Source: an uncultured Gemmatimonadaceae bacterium
GTDB lineage: Bacteria; Gemmatimonadota; Gemmatimonadetes; Gemmatimonadales; Gemmatimonadaceae
Reading direction: 5' to 3'
Length of the DNA: 64,000 nt
NCBI GenBank assembly: GCA_963790305.1
Contig: CAWBOC010000013.1
Span: 32,001 to 96,000 of the forward strand
The translations under genes were made by a program, and so were the position numbers. The notes under the pieces were generated by a model. It made no database searches and was not told where the DNA came from. It saw only the letters and a program-made list of their open reading frames with translations. How positions within the stretch are numbered: position 1 is the stretch's first letter; the number at the start of each line of letters is the position of its first letter. Shown here piece by piece: positions 43,904 to 54,098 of the stretch.

Positions 43904-45238
43904 GTGCAGGCTTCCTCTACCGCCGGCAATCGTCCCGCTCCGCGGCCCGCGACCGGCCGCCTCGGCGTGCTCACGCCCGGTCTCGGTGCGGTGGCTACAA
44001 CGTTCATCGCTGGCGTCGAGAGCATACGTCGGGGCCTCTCGAAGCCGATCGGCTCGCTCACCCAGATGGCGACGATCAGGCTTGGCAAACGGACCGACAA
44101 ACGGTCTCCGTACATCAAGGAATTCGTCCCGCTCGCGAACCTCGAGGATCTCGTGTTCGGCGCGTGGGATCCCATTCCCGATGACGCGCTCACGGCCGCG
44201 CGCAAAGCCGGTGTGCTCCAGGACAAGCATCTCGAGCCCATCGCAGATTTTCTTGCCGCCATCAAGCCAATGCCGGCGGTGTTCGATCAGAAATATGTCT
44301 CGCGTCTCTCCGGGACGAACGTCAAGAAAGGAAAATCGAAACGCGACCTTGCGGAGCAGCTGCGCCAGGACATTCGGGAGTTCAAGGCCAAGCACAAGCT
44401 GGATCGTCTCGTGATGGTGTGGTGTGCCTCGACCGAGGTGTACATCAAGGCCGGTCCGCAGCACGCCACCATTGAGCAGTTCGAGAAGGCGATGGATCGG
44501 AACGATGAAGCGATCGCTCCGTCGATGCTGTACGCGTGGGCCGCGATCATGGAGGGCGTGCCGTTCGCGAACGGCGCCCCGAACCTCACGGTCGACACGC
44601 CCGCGCTTCTTCAGCTCGCTCTGTCGCGCGGCGTCCCGGTGTCCGGAAAGGATTTCAAGACCGGTCAGACGTGGATGAAGACCGTCATCGCCCCTGGACT
44701 CAAGGCGCGCATGCTGGGGCTGGAGGGATGGTATTCGACCAACATCCTTGGCAATCGCGACGGCGAGGTGCTGGACGATCCGGCGTCGTTCAAGACGAAG
44801 GAGGAGTCGAAGCTCAGCGTGCTGCATACGATTCTGCAGCCGGAGCTCTATCCAGACCTCTACAACGGCTTCTCGCACGTCGTGCGCATCAACTACTACC
44901 CGCCGCGCGGCGACAACAAGGAAGGCTGGGACAACATCGACATCATTGGGTGGATGGGGTACCCAATGCAGATCAAGGTGAATTTCCTCTGTCGCGACTC
45001 GATTCTCGCCGCGCCAATTGTTCTCGATCTCGCCTTGTTCATGGACTTCGCCCAGCGCGCAGGGATGAAGGGAATTCAGGAATGGCTGTCGTTCTACTTC
45101 AAGAGTCCCATGGCGGCGCAGGGGCTACAGCCGGAGCATGACCTGTTCATTCAGCAGACGAAGCTCAAAAACACGCTCCGGCATCTCATGGGCGAGGACC
45201 AAATCACGCACCTCGGACTGGAGTACTACCCCTCGTGA
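43904..45238 (+). CDS. ino1: myo-Inositol-1-phosphate synthase
   Basis: GLGAVATT, GKDFKTGQT, NILGNRDG, GDNKEGWD, RDSILAAPIVLDL. Confidence 0.92.
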   Translation: MQASSTAGNRPAPRPATGRLGVLTPGLGAVATTFIAGVESIRRGLSKPIGSLTQMATIRLGKRTDKRSPYIKEFVPLANLEDLVFGAWDPIPDDALTAARKAGVLQDKHLEPIADFLAAIKPMPAVFDQKYVSRLSGTNVKKGKSKRDLAEQLRQDIREFKAKHKLDRLVMVWCASTEVYIKAGPQHATIEQFEKAMDRNDEAIAPSMLYAWAAIMEGVPFANGAPNLTVDTPALLQLALSRGVPVSGKDFKTGQTWMKTVIAPGLKARMLGLEGWYSTNILGNRDGEVLDDPASFKTKEESKLSVLHTILQPELYPDLYNGFSHVVRINYYPPRGDNKEGWDNIDIIGWMGYPMQIKVNFLCRDSILAAPIVLDLALFMDFAQRAGMKGIQEWLSFYFKSPMAAQGLQPEHDLFIQQTKLKNTLRHLMGEDQITHLGLEYYPS

Positions 45239-45687
45239 GGCATCCCGTGCGGGCGATACTGGCGGCCCTCGCGCTATTCGCGACGGCATGCCGGCCGGAG
45301 CCGCAGCAATTCGCGCTGCGGCTCGATTCGGACAGCTATTCCTTCCGCGTGACGGCGGACCCGCTGCCGCCGCGCGCGCGTGAGATCACGCGATACATGG
45401 TCGTGGTCAGCGACAGAAAGACCAAGCAGCCGATCGAAGGTGGGGAAGGGCGGATCTTTGCGAGCAATGCCGGTCCCGACGATCCGGACCGCCGCACGGT
45501 CTGGGATGGTCTCGCGGCCGCCGAGCAGGTAGGGACGTATACCGCGAACATGAACTTCGTGACGGCGGGGAATTGGGCGATGGCGCTCGAGTTCCGTCGG
45601 GATTCGACGAGCCGCCTGGAGCGGATCGACTGGCGTCAGGACATTCGCCGCGAAGGGCCCGCCTTCCCCGGAGACACCGGCTCATGA
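45235..45687 (+). CDS. Hypothetical lipoprotein (YtkA/FixH-like Ig fold, tentative)
   Basis: Lipobox FATAC; GTYTANMNFVTAGNW. Confidence 0.6.
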   Translation: MRHPVRAILAALALFATACRPEPQQFALRLDSDSYSFRVTADPLPPRAREITRYMVVVSDRKTKQPIEGGEGRIFASNAGPDDPDRRTVWDGLAAAEQVGTYTANMNFVTAGNWAMALEFRRDSTSRLERIDWRQDIRREGPAFPGDTGS

Positions 45688-45978
45688 GGCATTACCATCG
45701 CACGCACGTCACCCCCGAGCTCGGTGATGACCGCCGCGGATGAGTATTTCCCGACGCTCAATCTCGCTCGTCAGGCACCATCGCTGCGCTCGCGCGTCTA
45801 TGCTGGCGAGCTCGGCACCGTGAAGGTGTCGGTCCGGCCGGAGGGAGGTCACTACACCTTCATCGAGGCCGAGACCGATCAGGTCGGCGAGAGCCGGCTG
45901 GATCGTAACGTCAAGCGATTCTTCGTTCGCGTTCATCGTCAGGCGGAGCCATCGCACAAGCTGGCGGCCGCATACTGA
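45684..45978 (+). CDS. Small hypothetical protein; probable +1 frameshift near 45723
   Basis: ATG 45684 overlaps the upstream stop (MRHYHRTHVTPEL) and continues into ORF 45724..45978, whose stop overlaps the next start. Confidence 0.55.
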
Positions 45979-47138
45979 TGGCTCGTCGAAGCGGCTCCAG
46001 GGCGGAGGGACGTGGATCGCGGAGCCGCGCCACGACGGATCGCTCATCGCGACGCGGCGCGTCCGGGTCGCGCCCCTCCTCGCAGCTCGACCGCGCCCAG
46101 CAGCTCGAGCTCTACTATTGGATGCGGCTGACCCGGTCGCTCGAGGAGCGTCTCGTCAACCTGTACCGGCAGACGAAGGTCGTCGGCGGTCTGTTTCGCT
46201 CGTTAGGGCAGGAGGCCGACGCAGTCGGCAGCGCGTTCGCCCTCGAGCGCCGTGACGTGCTCTCGCCCCTCATCCGCAACCTGGGATCGATGCTCGTCAA
46301 GAGGGCCGAGCCGGTCGAGATCATCCGGCAATACATGGCGAAGGGAGACTCGCCGACCCGCGGACGCGAGCTGAACATCCACTACGGCGATCTCGAGAGG
46401 GGCTTCATTGGCCAGATCTCCCATCTGGGCGACATGGTTCCGGTGATGACGGGGGTGACGCTGTCGTTCAAGCTCCGCAACGAGCCGCGCGTCGGGCTCG
46501 TCTACGTGGGCGACGGCGCGACGTCCACGGGTGCCTTTCATGAGGGGATCAACTTCGCCGCGGTGCAGCGGTGCCCGCTCGTGGTGATCGTGGAGAACAA
46601 CGGGTACGCGTACTCGACGCCGATTTCGCGACAGACAGCCGTTACCGAATTGAAGGACAAGGCGCTTGCGTACGGGATTCCCGGTGTTCGCGCCGACGGC
46701 AACGATGTCCTCGCCGTCTACGACGTCACCAAAGAGGCCGTCGATCGCGCGCGTCGGGGCGAAGGCGTTACGCTCATCGAGCTCATGACGTATCGCCGCA
46801 AAGGGCACGCGGAGCACGACAACCAGTCGTATGTCCCGGGTGGCGAGATCGAGCGGTGGGAACGCGAGAATGATCCGGTGGATCGATATCTCCGCGTGTT
46901 GACCGAGGAGCTCGACTTCGACCATGCGGAGATTGCCGCGGTCGACGGGCGAGTGACCGAGGAGATCGATGTCGCGACCGACGCCGCGGAGTCGTCACCG
47001 ATGCCGGAGCCGACCAATGCGCTGGTCGGCATCTATGCTGATCCGGCCCGCGTCGAGCCGCTCTGGTACCGCGCGGGCATACGCAGCGCGGTCGATTCCC
47101 ACGAGCGCGCCGCCGGGTGGGGGGCGTTCAATGCCTGA
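45978..47138 (+). CDS. 2-oxoacid dehydrogenase E1 alpha (pyruvate or branched-chain)
   Basis: TPP motif GDGATSTG..ENNGYAYS; YRRKGHAEHD. Confidence 0.9.
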   Translation: MARRSGSRAEGRGSRSRATTDRSSRRGASGSRPSSQLDRAQQLELYYWMRLTRSLEERLVNLYRQTKVVGGLFRSLGQEADAVGSAFALERRDVLSPLIRNLGSMLVKRAEPVEIIRQYMAKGDSPTRGRELNIHYGDLERGFIGQISHLGDMVPVMTGVTLSFKLRNEPRVGLVYVGDGATSTGAFHEGINFAAVQRCPLVVIVENNGYAYSTPISRQTAVTELKDKALAYGIPGVRADGNDVLAVYDVTKEAVDRARRGEGVTLIELMTYRRKGHAEHDNQSYVPGGEIERWERENDPVDRYLRVLTEELDFDHAEIAAVDGRVTEEIDVATDAAESSPMPEPTNALVGIYADPARVEPLWYRAGIRSAVDSHERAAGWGAFNA

Positions 47139-48108
47139 AGCGACATATCTGGAGGCGATCCGTCAGGCGCTCTTCGAGGAGATGGAGCGCGACGAGAACG
47201 TGTTTCTTCTCGGGGAGGACATCGGCGCATACGGTGGCGCGTTCAAGGTCACGGATGGCTTGCTCGATCGGTTCGGCGAGCACCGGGTGATCGACACGCC
47301 CATTTCCGAGGCCGGCTTCGTCGGCGCCGCTGCCGGCGCCGCGCACATGGGCATGCGGCCGGTGGTCGAGATGCAGTTCATCGACTTCATCTCGTGTGCG
47401 TACGACATGCTGACGAACTACATCGCGACCTCTCGCTACCGCGCGATGCTGCCCTGTCCGCTGGTCGTCCGCGGACCGAGTGGTGGCTACGTGCGTGGAG
47501 GCCCGTTCCACTCGCAGAATCCGGAAGCGGCCTTCCTGCATACGCCCGGTCTCAAGATCGTGTACCCGGCGACGGCGAGTGACGCCAAGGGGTTGTTGAA
47601 GGCCGCAATTCGAGACGATGATCCAGTGCTGTTCTTCGAGCACAAGTATCTCTATCGGCGAATCAAGGAGGAGTTGCCCGACGGCGATCACGTGGTGCCG
47701 ATCGGAAAAGCACGCCGGGCGCGGGAAGGCAAGGATCTGTCGATCATCACGTACGCTGCCACGGTGTGGAAAGCCCTCGAGGCCGCCGAGCAGCTCGAGA
47801 AGGAGGATGGGCTCTCGGTGGAGATCGTCGATCTTCGCTCGTTGCTCCCGATGGATGATGTGGCGATCGTGGAGACGGTGAAGAGGACGAACCGCGTGAT
47901 GATCGTGCACGAGGACACGCGCACCGGCGGTGTGGCGGGAGAAGTGGCCGCCCGCATCAATGAGCAGGCGTTCGAGTGGCTCGATGCGCCCATCCTGCGC
48001 GTCACGGCGGCGGATGTTCCGCTTCCGTACTCACCGCCGCTCGAGGATTACGTGCTGCCGCAGACCACCGATATCGTCTCGGTGGCGCGCAAGCTCGCGG
48101 CGTACTGA
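47131..48108 (+). CDS. 2-oxoacid dehydrogenase E1 beta
   Basis: GEDIGAYGG, DTPISE, EMQFIDF, GPFHSQ, FFEHK. Confidence 0.92.
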   Translation: MPEATYLEAIRQALFEEMERDENVFLLGEDIGAYGGAFKVTDGLLDRFGEHRVIDTPISEAGFVGAAAGAAHMGMRPVVEMQFIDFISCAYDMLTNYIATSRYRAMLPCPLVVRGPSGGYVRGGPFHSQNPEAAFLHTPGLKIVYPATASDAKGLLKAAIRDDDPVLFFEHKYLYRRIKEELPDGDHVVPIGKARRAREGKDLSIITYAATVWKALEAAEQLEKEDGLSVEIVDLRSLLPMDDVAIVETVKRTNRVMIVHEDTRTGGVAGEVAARINEQAFEWLDAPILRVTAADVPLPYSPPLEDYVLPQTTDIVSVARKLAAY

Positions 48109-48109
48109 G

Positions 48110-48373
48110 GTGGCGAGGGGCGGAACGCCGCGATACGCCATCGGTTGCCTGTTCGCGATTCCCGGTTTCTTTGCGGGGGGGATGATCGGTGCGGCGGTAG
48201 CGAAGATCGTGGGTGCAGTGCGCGGATGCACGCCTCCGCAGGGGTTTCCGGCGTGCGACATTTGGTCGTTCGTCTTCCCGCTCGGCGTGGTGGGAGGCCT
48301 GGCACTGGCAGCGGCGATCGTGCTGCGGCTCGGGCCTGATCGCGGAGCGAAGGATCCAACGGAGAGGAGCTAG
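48110..48373 (+). CDS. Small two-TM hypothetical membrane protein
   Basis: GTG 48110; two hydrophobic helices with a C-x7-C loop; fills the gap between E1 beta and E2. Confidence 0.6.
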   Translation: MARGGTPRYAIGCLFAIPGFFAGGMIGAAVAKIVGAVRGCTPPQGFPACDIWSFVFPLGVVGGLALAAAIVLRLGPDRGAKDPTERS

Positions 48374-48375
48374 TC

Positions 48376-49744
48376 GTGGCACGAGTCGACGTGATCATGC
48401 CGCAGATGGGCGAGTCCATTGCCGAGGGCACGCTCTCCCGCTGGCTGAAGAAGGTCGGAGACGAGGTCAAGCGGGATGAGCCGATCTTCGAGATTTCCAC
48501 CGACAAGGTCGACGCCGAGATCCCGGCGCCATCGGCCGGGGTCCTGGCGGAAATCCTGGTGACGGAGGGGCAGACCGTTCCGGTGCAGACAGTGGTGGCG
48601 CGTCTCGAGACGGAGAAAGGCGCGGCCGTTGGAGCGCCGGGCGCGGCGGCACCGGCCGCGGGCGCCGGCGACGGAAACTCTCGTGCGAAAGCGCCGTCCG
48701 CCGTTGGGGGGCCCCCCCCGAAAACAGAATCTACCGCGCCGGCGGCCGCGAGCTCGCATCCTCCCGCTCGCCGCCCCAACCGCCAGAGCGGCAGCACCGA
48801 ACTCCCTCGAGGAACGACTTCGCGCGCGCAGCTCACCGCTCGTGCGGAAGATGGCGGCCGAGCACGGCATCGAGATCGCCACGCTTCAGGGCAGCGGGAT
48901 CGCTGGTCGGGTGACGAAACGTGATCTCCTCGGCTACCTCGAGACCGGGGGGCGAGGCGGGGCTGGGCAGCGCGTTGCACCCTCGATGCATGCCCCCGGT
49001 GGCGGCGATCAGCATGGGCCCGTTCCGGAACCATGGCCAGGCGATGTCGTCGAGCCCATGTCGGTCATGCGCCAGCGCATCAGCGAGCACATGGTGGTGT
49101 CGCGTCGCACGTCGGCTCACGTCACCTCGTTCATGGAGATCGACTTCACGCGCGTCGCGCGAATGCGCGCGAAGCACCGTGCGCGCTTCGAGGCCGAGAA
49201 CGGGCAGAAGCTCACCTACATGCCCTTCATCATCAAATCGGTGGTCGAGGGGCTCAAGGCGTTTCCGGTCATGAACTCGTCGGTCGCGCGCAACAGCGTG
49301 ATCTATCGCAAGCAGTTCAACATCGGCGTGGCCGTCGCGCTCGACTGGGGCTTGATCGTCCCGGTCATCAAGCAGGCCGACGAGCTGTCGCTCGTGGGAC
49401 TGACGAAAGCGCTCAACGATCTCGCGGCGCGGGCGCGGGCGAAGAAGCTCGATCCGCGCGAGGTTCAGGATGGGACGTTCACCATTACGAATCCCGGCGT
49501 TTTCGGCTCGCTGATGGGGACGCCGATCATCAGTCAGCCGCAGGTCGCGATCCTGGGCATTGGCACGATCGAGAAGCGTCCGAAGGTCGTTACAGGCGCG
49601 GATGGAGAAGACACCATCGCCATCCGGACCTGCTCGTTTTTCTCGATTTCATTCGACCACCGCATCATCGATGGTGCGGTGGCCGACCAATTCCTCGCGC
49701 ACGTGAAGCGCGGGATCGAATCATTTCCCGAACAGGGGTTCTGA
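48376..49744 (+). CDS. Dihydrolipoamide acyltransferase E2; +1 frameshift near 48765
   Basis: Lipoyl motif EISTDKV; subunit-binding SSPLVRKMA..GSGIAGRVTKRD; catalytic SFDHRIIDG. Confidence 0.9.
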
Positions 49745-49746
49745 GC

Positions 49747-50007
49747 ATGTCGCGCGCGCTCGCCATGCAGCGTACGATCGTGCCCGCACCGGAACGCAAG
49801 AGGCATCTCGAGCGTGCGCGCATGCGCCGCACGTACTACCAGCACGCCAATTGCCGATATTGGGTGTTCGAGGAGGCTGCGCTGCCGGGGGCGTTCATTG
49901 AATTCGTCGAAGCGTCGGATCGCGACATCCTGGATGCGGCGCTCGAGAACGCTCCGGATCGCCTCCTCGATCCGGCCCGCGTCTACGAGGAAGTGGAGCT
50001 GAGCTGA
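49747..50007 (+). CDS. Hypothetical protein
   Basis: ATG 49747 MSRALAMQR; tight operon spacing on both sides. Confidence 0.6.
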   Translation: MSRALAMQRTIVPAPERKRHLERARMRRTYYQHANCRYWVFEEAALPGAFIEFVEASDRDILDAALENAPDRLLDPARVYEEVELS

Positions 50008-50008
50008 A

Positions 50009-50275
50009 ATGCCATCCCGAACGATCACGGTCGACGGGGCGTCGTGGGACGTATATCCGTCCGGCCGCATCACCCAGTACGATCGCGACGAGTTCGGTCT
50101 CGTCTTCGTGCGCGGCACGGGACCTGACCGCGAAGTGCGCGTCACGCGCTATTCGCCGCAGGGCGCCCGCTCCCGGGAGCAGTCGCTCGCGGAGATGTCG
50201 GAGAGCGAGCTGAGACGTCTGTTCGACTTCTCGCAGCCGAGCTTCACGTCACCCGAGGCAGGCTACGCGCCGTGA
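50009..50275 (+). CDS. Hypothetical protein
   Basis: 88-aa ORF tightly packed between neighbours; stop overlaps the next start. Confidence 0.65.
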   Translation: MPSRTITVDGASWDVYPSGRITQYDRDEFGLVFVRGTGPDREVRVTRYSPQGARSREQSLAEMSESELRRLFDFSQPSFTSPEAGYAP

Positions 50276-51144
50276 CGGCTCCGGCGGCTCCGAACGGTAG
50301 CGCGGAGCGCTTCGTCGATCTGCACATGCACTCCACGGCGTCCGACGGTATCCTCTCTCCGGCCGCCGTCGTCGCTGCCGCGCGCGCGGCCGGCTTGGCG
50401 GCCATTGCGCTCACCGACCACGATACGCTCGAGGGCGTCCCCGAGGCACGCGCTGCAGGGGAAGCGCTCGGTGTGCGAGTCGTTGCGGGTGTGGAGCTCA
50501 GCGCGCATGAGGGCGACCGCGAGCTGCACGTCCTCGGACTGCACTTGACGCGACTCGCTGCGCTGGAGGATCGGCTGATTGCGCTGCGCGCCACGCGTCG
50601 CACCCGCGCCGCACAGATCGTCGAGAAGCTCCGCGCGTTAGGCTTTCCCATCGAGCTCGACGCGGTCTGGCGCGAGGCGGGGGAGGGAGCGGTCGGGCGG
50701 CCGCACGTCGCCCGCGTGCTGATCGCGAACGGCTGGGCAAAGGACCATCGCGATGCGTTCGATCGGCTCATTGGGAGCGGGCGGCCGGCGTACGTTCCGA
50801 AGCAGCGGCTCCCGCTCCCCGAGGCGGTCCACATGCTCCGCGAGGCGGGTGGCCTCGCCATCATCGCGCATCCAGGATCGGACGGCTCGCGGTCGCGGCT
50901 CGAGATGTTCAAGCGTATGGGATTCGATGGTGTCGAGGTCCGGCACCCGAGTCACAGCGTGGAGGACATCGCGCGGTTAGGCACGCTCGCCGATTACCTC
51001 GGTCTGGTACCGAGCGGAGGCTCGGACTGGCACGGCGCGGGCGAGGGCCCGCGAACTATTGGCAACATGCGCGTTCCGCACGCCTGGCTCGAGCGGCAGG
51101 ACACGCTGGTTCGCGAACGGACTACGTCGGAGCGAGTCGCATGA
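50272..51144 (+). CDS. PHP-domain phosphoesterase (TrpH/YciV-like)
   Basis: DLHMHSTASDG, LTDHD, GVELS, AHP, SGGSDWHG. Confidence 0.9.
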   Translation: MTAPAAPNGSAERFVDLHMHSTASDGILSPAAVVAAARAAGLAAIALTDHDTLEGVPEARAAGEALGVRVVAGVELSAHEGDRELHVLGLHLTRLAALEDRLIALRATRRTRAAQIVEKLRALGFPIELDAVWREAGEGAVGRPHVARVLIANGWAKDHRDAFDRLIGSGRPAYVPKQRLPLPEAVHMLREAGGLAIIAHPGSDGSRSRLEMFKRMGFDGVEVRHPSHSVEDIARLGTLADYLGLVPSGGSDWHGAGEGPRTIGNMRVPHAWLERQDTLVRERTTSERVA

Positions 51145-51590
51145 GCGAATTGTCCCCGCTGGGTGTGGGTTCCAGGGCGCCCGACTTCACCGCGAAGGGG
51201 AGCGATGGAGCGACCTACCGCTTGAGCGAGCTGCTCGCTCGCGGTCATGTCGCACTGTTCTTCTATCCCGGCAACAACACACCTGGCTGAAACCGTCAAC
51301 TCTCCGCCGTGCGCGATGAGATCGAGACGTTCCGAGCGAGCAACATACAGGCGCTGGGTGTGAACCCGGCCGGCGTCGACAGCCACGCGAGCTACGCGGC
51401 CAAGCTGAGCCTTCCGTTTCCGTTGCTCAGCGATCCGGACCGCGCGCTCGCGGGCGCGTATCACACGCTCAAGCCAGACGGACGCGGCATCCATCGCACC
51501 GTGTATGGCATTCGTGCCGACGGAACGATCGCGTTCGCTGCGCGCGGTGCACCGCTTCCCAATGACATTGTCGCGGCCTTTGAGGGCTAG
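51141..51590 (+). CDS. BCP/PrxQ-type peroxiredoxin with probable selenocysteine (TGA 51288-51290)
   Basis: MSELSPLGVGSRAPDFT...FFYPGNNTPG-TGA-NRQLSAVRD...FPLLSD...RTVY in one frame; TGA sits at the C of PxxxTxxC. Confidence 0.85.
51291..51331 (+). promoter_or_regulatory. Candidate bacterial SECIS element
   Basis: By-eye fold: cgtc/gacg, ctc/gag, tc/ga, cgc/gcg; apical loop containing GU about 17 nt after UGA. Confidence 0.55.
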
Positions 51591-52315
51591 CGAGAAATCC
51601 GGGCAGACGGCTCTGGTCACCGGCGCCGGCCGACGCATTGGCCGCGCGATCGCGGTAGCGCTCGGCGCCCGCGGCATGCAAGTGGCCGTCCATTATCATG
51701 GCGCCGAAGCGGGCGCTCGAGAGACGGTACGCGCGATCGAGAAGGCCGGTGGAGAAGGGTTCACCGTGCGCGCCGATCTGCGCGAAGCCGGAGCACCGGC
51801 GCGACTCGTCAGCGAGGCGGTCGAACGCCTCGGGTCGCTGCACGTGCTCGTGAACTCGGCCGCCGGTGATGATTCGAACGCCATTCGAGGACGTTAGCGA
51901 AGAGGTCTGGGATGAGATCTTCGCCCTCAATCTTCGCGCGCCATTCTTCTGTGCCCAGGCCGCGGCCGGTCGTATGCAGGACGGAGGGGTCATCATTAAC
52001 ATCGCCGACCTGGCCGCCTTCGAGGCGTGGACGGGCTACATCCCACATGGCGCGTCGAAGGCTGGCGTCGTGCACATCACCCGAGCACTCGCGAAGCGTC
52101 TCGCGCCACGGCTGCGGGTGAACGCGATCGCACCGGGAGCAGTGCTACTCCCGGACGAGTGGAGCGCCGCTGAGGCGGAACGCCTCATCGGCACTACGCC
52201 GCTCGGGCGTCTCGGATCGCCTGACGATGTGACCCAGGCGGTGTTGTACTTGATCGACGCCGACTACGTGACGGGCCAGACGATCATCGTCGACGGCGGA
52301 CGTCATGTCCGCTAG
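51580..52315 (+). CDS. SDR oxidoreductase (pteridine reductase/FolM-like); +1 frameshift near 51865
   Basis: ALVTGAGRRIG, LVNSAA, HGASK in place of YxxxK, RVNAIAPG, VTGQTIIVDGG. Confidence 0.82.
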
Positions 52316-53069
52316 TCGCGCGTCGCTGGCCTATCGGAGCATCATCATCGTGGGTGGGGGATGCTACGGGTCGTATTACGTCCGTCAGCTGCTGCGAGCT
52401 CGCAACGCCGGCGCGCTGGGGTTCGACCGTCTTGTCGTCGTTGATCGCAACGACGCGTGTGCCGTGGCGACGACCTGGCCGCAGGAACCCACGGTCAGCG
52501 TGGTCTGCAGCGATTGGGCGGCGTTCTTCGATGACTACCTTCGCGTCGCGTCGGCGACCGGCCTCCCGAGCTGCGACGCGATCGTTCCGTCGCCTCTCAT
52601 GCCGCACCTCATGTTCGATTGGCTCCTGCGCCGCGCGCGAGAACGCTGGCCGCAGCGGCCGGTGGAGCGGCGCCCGTTGCAGCGCCCGCCGAACGTTCCA
52701 TGGCAGCGCGCCCTTCCGTCAGGCACGCACGTGGTCAGCTTCGCCGAGTGGATGTGCCCGGTGAATTGCATCGAGCCGGCGACGTGTCCTGCGATCAAGG
52801 CGCCTCGCACGTGGAGCATGCCAACGGCCGTGCGGGCGTATGTCGACGCCCAGCCAACGGAGGCCTCGCCCCTTGCGGGGCCGATCATTTTCCATTGTGA
52901 GCATCGCGCGTACGGAGTGGGTATGTTCGATACCCAGGACGTGCTGAACGGCGACGCGCTCGTCGCACGTGCCGCGGCGAACACACCTGCGGATGTACTT
53001 GTGGGTACCGTGTCGCACTGCCATGGGGCTCTCGACGTGCTCCACGTAGGTCACGGGCACGTCGCCTGA
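52305..53069 (+). CDS. Hypothetical protein with a Rossmann-like N-terminus and Cys/His clusters
   Basis: IIIVGGGCYG; WMCPVNCIEPATCP; FHCEH; SHCHG. Confidence 0.7.
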   Translation: MSASRASLAYRSIIIVGGGCYGSYYVRQLLRARNAGALGFDRLVVVDRNDACAVATTWPQEPTVSVVCSDWAAFFDDYLRVASATGLPSCDAIVPSPLMPHLMFDWLLRRARERWPQRPVERRPLQRPPNVPWQRALPSGTHVVSFAEWMCPVNCIEPATCPAIKAPRTWSMPTAVRAYVDAQPTEASPLAGPIIFHCEHRAYGVGMFDTQDVLNGDALVARAAANTPADVLVGTVSHCHGALDVLHVGHGHVA

Positions 53070-53111
53070 CGTCCCGGCGTTCATCGAGAGGGGAGACCGA
53101 CGAGAGAGGCG

Positions 53112-54098
53112 ATGGCGAACACGCACGAATACGAGGTCGTGATCATCGGTGCCGGTCCTGCCGGCATGACCGCCGGCATGTATGCCGGCCGGGCAATGTT
53201 GCGCGCCGTAGTGCTCGAACGCGGGGCGCCTGGCGGGGAGCTGCTCAACACGGAGATCATCGAGGACTATCCGGGCTTCGAGCACATCGAGGGCTGGGAC
53301 CTCGCGCAGAGGTTCGACTCGCACGCGCGGAAATTCGGGTCGGAACTGCACACCGCCACCGTCGAGCGAGTCCGAAAGGCCGACGATGGCTGGTTCGAGA
53401 CGGTTACCGACTCGGGCGACGTCTATCGCTCGCCAACGGTCATCCTGACTGCGGGGGGAACGCCCGTGAAGCTCGGCGTCCCTGGCGAGCTCGAGTACGC
53501 CGGGAAGGGGGTGTCGTACTGCGCGATTTGCGACGGCGCCTTTTTCAAGGGACATCGGATCGCGGTCGTTGGTGGAGGTGATGCGGCCGTCGAAGAAGCG
53601 GATTTCCTGACGCGTTATGCGGAGAAGGTCTACCTCATCCATCGCCGTGACCAGCTGCGTGCGTCGAAGATTCTGCAGAAGCGCGTGTTCGACAATCCGA
53701 AGATCGAGCTCATCTGGAACACCGTGGTCGATCGCATCGAGGGCGATGCCAAGGGTCTGGTGCGGGCGCTCCATCTTCACAATGTCGTCACCGATGCGAG
53801 CTCGGTCCTGGACGCGACGGGCCTGTTCGTGTTCATCGGCTTCCGCCCGAATACCGGCATCGTCGACGGGCACGCGCGTCATGACGAGGGCGGGTATCTC
53901 GTCACCGACGCCAATATGGAGACGACCATTCGCGGGCTATTCGCCGCGGGGGACGTGCGAGCACAGCTGGCACGGCAGGTGACGACCGCGGTGGGCGACG
54001 CGACGACGGCGGCGATCGCGGCGGAGAAATACCTCACCGCGCTCAAGAACGGCCAACTCGACCCGCAGCTGCTGTCGAGCGGTGGTTACGCCGTGTGA
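53112..54098 (+). CDS. trxB: Thioredoxin reductase
   Basis: GAGPAG, GVSYCAICDG, GGGDAAVEE, HRRD, FAAGD. Confidence 0.95.
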   Translation: MANTHEYEVVIIGAGPAGMTAGMYAGRAMLRAVVLERGAPGGELLNTEIIEDYPGFEHIEGWDLAQRFDSHARKFGSELHTATVERVRKADDGWFETVTDSGDVYRSPTVILTAGGTPVKLGVPGELEYAGKGVSYCAICDGAFFKGHRIAVVGGGDAAVEEADFLTRYAEKVYLIHRRDQLRASKILQKRVFDNPKIELIWNTVVDRIEGDAKGLVRALHLHNVVTDASSVLDATGLFVFIGFRPNTGIVDGHARHDEGGYLVTDANMETTIRGLFAAGDVRAQLARQVTTAVGDATTAAIAAEKYLTALKNGQLDPQLLSSGGYAV

